The notes under the pieces are model-generated. The model was not told the origin of the DNA. It made no database searches and saw only the letters and a program-made list of their open reading frames with translations. Below, in pieces: positions 59,463 to 64,000 of a DNA stretch of 64,000 nucleotides. This DNA comes from a virus (taxonomy: Duplodnaviria; Caudoviricetes). The translations under genes and the position numbers were made by a program. Position 1 is the first letter of the stretch; each line of letters opens with the position of its first letter. The stretch is from positions 1 through 64,000 of IMG/VR virus record IMGVR_UViG_3300021425_003324; one strand, given 5' to 3'.

Positions 59463-60248
59463 CTAAATGTACATTACTTTTACTAATCCACCACCGCCAG
59501 TGCCGCCTTGCCCACAACAACTACTGCCGCAAAAAGTATTCAAGGCACGCTGACCACCAGTTCCATATGGTACTGCAAAATAACCACATCTAATCCAGCA
59601 TTGTCTTACTCCTCCAGAAGAATAACCACCAATTTTTGGAGCTTGGCCTTGATGTATTTCTTGTGGATGACAATGACAATAATCGCTTGCAGTAGACCAG
59701 CCTGGTCGGTGTGTAGCTATGGTCATGTCATTACCATTATGAGTTGGTCCAAAACAATAATTATTTACTCCAAAACATCCAGCATTCCACGCTGTGTTAG
59801 CCCTTGCTCTATCACCGCCGCAAGCACAAAAATTACTAAGGTTGTATCCGTTTACATAAGTTGTGCATCCGTTGTAGTATGCTTCGCATTCTCTACTAAG
59901 ACAGCGATATACTCCAGCAGCACATACTGAGTATTGACACCCTTGTACTGTGCTAATTGTTTTTGCAGAGTATGTACCTCCCATTGCAGCCTGGAAATGA
60001 TGACATCTATTACAACTGCATGCACCAGCACCATTACCACCTGCACCCCATAATTCCCACTGTAATCTTTGTACCTGTGTAGGTACAGTCCATAAACAGC
60101 AGCAACCTGGAGAACAAAAACCTAATAAACCATAAAACCATTTTACACCAAATGTGTGTAATGTAGTGTCATTAAATTTATTATCTGCTATAGTTTCATC
60201 GTAAAATTGATCACCATTTACTTTTTTATAACTTGCATATGTTGCCAT
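59463..60248 (-). CDS. Cys/Gly-rich adhesin-like protein, paralog 2 (23 Cys/261 aa)
   Basis: Same scaffold: CSPGCCCLWTVP, ACSC.RCHH, YRCLSREC, CWIRCG. Confidence 0.7.
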   Translation of the reverse strand: MATYASYKKVNGDQFYDETIADNKFNDTTLHTFGVKWFYGLLGFCSPGCCCLWTVPTQVQRLQWELWGAGGNGAGACSCNRCHHFQAAMGGTYSAKTISTVQGCQYSVCAAGVYRCLSRECEAYYNGCTTYVNGYNLSNFCACGGDRARANTAWNAGCFGVNNYCFGPTHNGNDMTIATHRPGWSTASDYCHCHPQEIHQGQAPKIGGYSSGGVRQCWIRCGYFAVPYGTGGQRALNTFCGSSCCGQGGTGGGGLVKVMYI

Positions 60249-60255
60249 AATATCC

Positions 60256-61038
60256 TCATGTAAAAGTAATTTTTACTGCTCCTGGCCCACCTGTTCCGCC
60301 TTGACCACAACAACTAGAACCACAGTATGTTGATTGAGCATTCTGACCTCCATGTCCTGGAGGTGCGATCCAACAACCGCATCTAATCCAACACACTGCA
60401 AGGGCGTGTGCAACTGTACCTCCTAAGAACGGTGCCGGGGTTGGTCTAGTATATTGATGATGGCAATGACAATTAAAAATTCCGCCAAACATACCTACAT
60501 GATTTCCAAATCCAAAATCACCTCCATTATTTCCCGGACTCAAACAACAGCTCCAGCAGCTAAGACAATAATTTGTCCAATCTGTGTTAGCTATTGCATA
60601 GTGACCTCCTATAGCACAAAAATTACTAAGATTGTAACCGTTTACATAAGTTGTGCATCCGTTAGCAAGTCCTGTACATTCTCTGCTAAGACATCTGTAA
60701 ACACCGCCTGCGCATACAGTGTATTGGCATCCTGGCACTGTGTCTATCATTTTTGTGTTAAAATATCCACCACCGGCTCCGTGATAATGATGACATCTAT
60801 CACAACTACAGGCACCAGTTCCGTTTCCACCTGCTCCCCACATTTCCCAGTAAACACGACGGGTACAGCCAGGAACAGTCCATAAACAGCAGCATCCAGG
60901 ACTGCATCTACAATGATTTCCTGTAACCCATTTTACACAATATCTGTGTCTAGCATCAGGTCCTAATTTTTCATTTGTAACAGTTCCGTCTATAAATTGT
61001 TCGGTTTTAATTTTTTTATAGCTCTCGTAAGTTGCCAT
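60256..61038 (-). CDS. Cys/Gly-rich adhesin-like protein, paralog 1 (28 Cys/260 aa)
   Basis: Same scaffold. Confidence 0.7.
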   Translation of the reverse strand: MATYESYKKIKTEQFIDGTVTNEKLGPDARHRYCVKWVTGNHCRCSPGCCCLWTVPGCTRRVYWEMWGAGGNGTGACSCDRCHHYHGAGGGYFNTKMIDTVPGCQYTVCAGGVYRCLSRECTGLANGCTTYVNGYNLSNFCAIGGHYAIANTDWTNYCLSCWSCCLSPGNNGGDFGFGNHVGMFGGIFNCHCHHQYTRPTPAPFLGGTVAHALAVCWIRCGCWIAPPGHGGQNAQSTYCGSSCCGQGGTGGPGAVKITFT

Positions 61039-61664
61039 TATACTGTTATAATCCTCCAGCCGTAGGTAGAATTGCTGTAAACAATGTCAAATGCTGCATT
61101 TACAGTATCTACTTGCATGTCTGCATTGTCTCCCATTATAACTTCTCCGTTCCGCACTAAAACTAAAGGATTTGTATCAAAAGTACCAGCTACATCAAAA
61201 AATCTTATAGTGTCTCCCATTGCAGGACTTAATGGAAGTGTTGCAGCAATAAATCCTGCCGTTGTATTTACAAAATATGCTTGCCAGGATTCTGCAGTAA
61301 ATCCACCCACTTTAACTGAATAAAGATATTTAACGCTTTCCCATCTTAAATTTGTAGAACCATCAGTAACTATTGCTTGCGTGTCTGTACCATCTTGTGG
61401 CGGTAAAATATATGTTGTATCTTGTGCAGTCTCACTTGGTTGGAATGCTGTAAAACCGCCACTAGTTGCATTAAATTTTAATGCCAAATTATCATTAATA
61501 TTAAATTCCGAGTCTGTTGACACAGTCCCTGCTGAATCACCTACTACTAATCCAAGTGATGTAAACTCAATTTTAGTTGGAGAATCTGGAACGCTCATTA
61601 TCCTTTGCGACATATGAACTAGTGAGTTGTTAATAGGATATTTTCCAACTGTAATTCTTCTCAT
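61038..61664 (-). CDS. Tail fibre/baseplate connector-like protein
   Basis: YILPPQDG....TDGS..L.W and YFVNT.....TLP.SP..GD.I.F.D...F..N module. Confidence 0.7.
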   Translation of the reverse strand: MRRITVGKYPINNSLVHMSQRIMSVPDSPTKIEFTSLGLVVGDSAGTVSTDSEFNINDNLALKFNATSGGFTAFQPSETAQDTTYILPPQDGTDTQAIVTDGSTNLRWESVKYLYSVKVGGFTAESWQAYFVNTTAGFIAATLPLSPAMGDTIRFFDVAGTFDTNPLVLVRNGEVIMGDNADMQVDTVNAAFDIVYSNSTYGWRIITV

Positions 61665-61676
61665 TAATCTTCCTTT

Positions 61677-61997
61677 TTATAGCGTTGTTGTCTCTATTCC
61701 ATAAACAAATGCTGTAACATTTGCTGCATCTGCTCTAACAATAATTTGTTTGTCTGCATTAACTACAATTCCTGTTCTTTCTATGCTACCTGATGGTAAT
61801 AATTCTACATTAAATTCTAAGTATTCAGCAGTCGTAGGACTTGCTGTATCTGAAATTGCAATGTTACAAAACACACTTGCAGATCCTCTGTTACATAAGT
61901 TTACAGTTATAACTGAAAATGTTGTTTCTGGTACAACATACAATGATGTGTCTACACCTGCAGTTAACTCTGCATTTCCTAAAATTCCTGTTGCCAT
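61677..61997 (-). CDS. Small beta-rich virion protein
   Basis: LY.VP....V..NLCNR...ERTG; GGAG RBS, ATAAATA at 62014-62020. Confidence 0.65.
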   Translation of the reverse strand: MATGILGNAELTAGVDTSLYVVPETTFSVITVNLCNRGSASVFCNIAISDTASPTTAEYLEFNVELLPSGSIERTGIVVNADKQIIVRADAANVTAFVYGIETTTL

Positions 61998-62016
61998 TAA
62001 TATTTCTCCAATGTAT

Positions 62017-63999
62017 TTATCTTAAAAAGTAATTGAGCGCTAATGGTATACCTGTCACACCTCCAAGGAAGTTTGCAGTTGCGTTAAATTGTATACTTGC
62101 ACCAGTTACTGTTGAAATTAAATTTGTACTTATAAATATGTCACCTGCAGTTAACGAGTTAACATTAAGTGAAGCACCACCTCCACCAATTTGAGCTTCG
62201 ATATAAGCTTTTATTGCTCTTTGCGTTGGTATCACTGAATCACTATCTGCAGTCATAAACGGATCTGTTGAAAATTCACTTACTGTTGCAGAACTTCCAC
62301 CGAGAGTAACTTCACCTAAACTTAATTCTTGTAATCCTGCAATATTAAATGCGTCTGCATTTAGAGTAGCAATACCTGTTGATTGTTCTACATTAAATAG
62401 ATTACCTACCCTAAAGTTTCCATCTTGATCAGTGGCAGTAAAAAATACTCTACCGCCAGCAGATTCAACAGTTTCGTATTGTTGATTTGGATCTTGGAAA
62501 GGTACTCCTGGATAATTTGTACTCGCAAAATTACCAGTTCCTATATCTAAGAAGTCATGTCCTGTTAGACGCACCTGTGAATATCTTATTCTCATATTCA
62601 AAGCGGTTTTATCTGGGGGAGGACTAGTACTAGGCATTCCTGGTGATAAGTTTAAAAATCCAGTATAACCTCCATCATTTGCTCCTAGGAATGTTACAAC
62701 ATTTACTAATTTAAACACATCATTTGGTAAATGATCAAACACTACGTTTGAACCTGCTACTGGCACATCAGACATTCTTCTAACAGCAACAAAAATTCCA
62801 CTTTGATCAAATTCTGCATATCCATTTGATTCAGTTGCGCTGATATTTCCACTAGCTGCTTCATACCCTATACCTCTGTTTGTGAATGTTGGATTAGCTA
62901 AAACTCCGCTACCTGTTTTAACGGTATAAGTTACGTCATAGATATTGTTAGGATCTGTTACGGTTAAAGTCGGTACGCTTGTGTACCCACTTCCAGGTTC
63001 TACTATTCTTATTGCAAATATTTTTTCATTTGCAATACTAGGGCGAGCAAATGCTTGCATGCCTAATGTCATCCTAACTACATGAGTTTGTACATCTGAT
63101 CCTTTTAATATCCACACAGGCTCTAAATCTGGATTACCAAAACCTAAAGCATTATATCCATTATTGCCTGCTTGTGCAACAACTGAACGTAATTCCCAAT
63201 TTGCACAATCTATAGAAGTTCTAATATTTTCGCCTTGCAAGTTATCTATTACAACAAATTGTCCTTGGGCATATTTTATGTCCTTAGAAACTCCTAAAGT
63301 AGAACCATCTGCTGGCAAATCTACAAGCGTCCAACTTTCTCCTCTATCTAATGAATAAATTAGATCATTTTGATCTTGCGATACAACTGCAAATCTGTTT
63401 GCGCCAAATGTAATAGCACTCCAATTCCTTACAATTGGAGCTAATAATTCATCTGTAAGTAAGACTTTTGTCCATAAACTTGGATTTTGATATTCTGCAT
63501 ATGCAATTGTATTACTGTCGTCTAAAGCAACTACTAAGCGATTGGCTCCAAACGTAATTCCTACCCAACCGGTCTGATCAGGCAAAGCATTTGCATATTG
63601 GGTCCAAGTATTACCTTCGTCGTCTGAGACTAAAACATCTCTTGATCCTTTAAACATTAAGTAAAACTTGCCTTGACCGTATGTAATGTATGGTTCGCTA
63701 TCGTAAGCATTTGGTAATGCTACAGCACCCCAATTAACATTATCATATGATTGGAATACTTGATTTTGAGATGTGCTCTGAGTTACAATCACAGTTGAAC
63801 TTACTGCAATATCGCTAGATCCGTCATATAAAATAGCATTCGCAATTTTTGCTGGTCCTGATTGTCCACTTCCTCCAACAGATAAATTTGTCCATGTTGT
63901 ACCGTCTGTGCTTTTTTCTATGCTTGTGCTTGAGTTACCGACTGCGATAAAATCTCCGCTGCAACCAAACCCTTCTTGATCAAATTCTAAAATTGCACC
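62017..63999 (-). CDS. Large tail/baseplate protein, C-terminal part (frame stays open to the window edge)
   Basis: BNR/Asp-box-like S.D.G..W repeats, PGSGYT..PT repeats, TDQDGNFRVG; no stop from 63792 to 63999. Confidence 0.75.
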   Translation of the reverse strand, partial: GAILEFDQEGFGCSGDFIAVGNSSTSIEKSTDGTTWTNLSVGGSGQSGPAKIANAILYDGSSDIAVSSTVIVTQSTSQNQVFQSYDNVNWGAVALPNAYDSEPYITYGQGKFYLMFKGSRDVLVSDDEGNTWTQYANALPDQTGWVGITFGANRLVVALDDSNTIAYAEYQNPSLWTKVLLTDELLAPIVRNWSAITFGANRFAVVSQDQNDLIYSLDRGESWTLVDLPADGSTLGVSKDIKYAQGQFVVIDNLQGENIRTSIDCANWELRSVVAQAGNNGYNALGFGNPDLEPVWILKGSDVQTHVVRMTLGMQAFARPSIANEKIFAIRIVEPGSGYTSVPTLTVTDPNNIYDVTYTVKTGSGVLANPTFTNRGIGYEAASGNISATESNGYAEFDQSGIFVAVRRMSDVPVAGSNVVFDHLPNDVFKLVNVVTFLGANDGGYTGFLNLSPGMPSTSPPPDKTALNMRIRYSQVRLTGHDFLDIGTGNFASTNYPGVPFQDPNQQYETVESAGGRVFFTATDQDGNFRVGNLFNVEQSTGIATLNADAFNIAGLQELSLGEVTLGGSSATVSEFSTDPFMTADSDSVIPTQRAIKAYIEAQIGGGGASLNVNSLTAGDIFISTNLISTVTGASIQFNATANFLGGVTGIPLALNYFLR

Positions 64000-64000
64000 A

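Noticed and set aside
58640-61038. Cys-rich ORFs as selenoproteins or recoded genes, or as DGR targets
   Set aside because: No in-frame TGA/TAG; all three stop codons end genes normally in this window; no reverse transcriptase or adenine-specific template/variable repeat pair seen
58640-61038. Classical RiPP precursor peptides
   Set aside because: 260-270 aa with a Gly-rich adhesin scaffold; no leader/core layout or transporter
1-64000. tRNA, rRNA, integrase or IS elements
   Set aside because: Intergenic gaps are short, and no cloverleaf, recombinase or transposase motifs were recognised

Overview
AT-rich segment of a large T4-like (myovirus-type) dsDNA phage genome, densely coding, mostly on the minus strand, standard genetic code. 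It contains replication and recombination genes (gp41-like helicase, gp61-like primase, UvsW, UvsX, UvsY, gp32, a gp62-like protein and a 188-aa minimal DnaE-like polymerase core). It also contains packaging and head genes (TerL, putative TerS, gp4, probable internal head proteins) and neck/tail genes (gp13, gp14, gp15, sheath gp18, two gp19 tubes, fibre/baseplate proteins, a multidomain subtilase). Two accessory enzyme cassettes stand out. The first (12.6-18.9 kb) has seven glycosyltransferase-like genes and a WbdD-like methyltransferase-kinase. The second (50-61 kb) has three tandem Cys/Gly-rich adhesin-like paralogs and a fibre chaperone, followed, behind an exact TATAAATA late-promoter motif, by a GT9-like glycosyltransferase, a carbamoyltransferase, an SGNH protein and six 2OG-Fe(II) oxygenases, with a seventh nearby on the other strand. 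The second cassette is my best candidate for an undescribed system: post-translational decoration of cysteine-rich tail adhesins. All family calls come from motifs read by eye; no searches were run. The host cannot be determined from this window.
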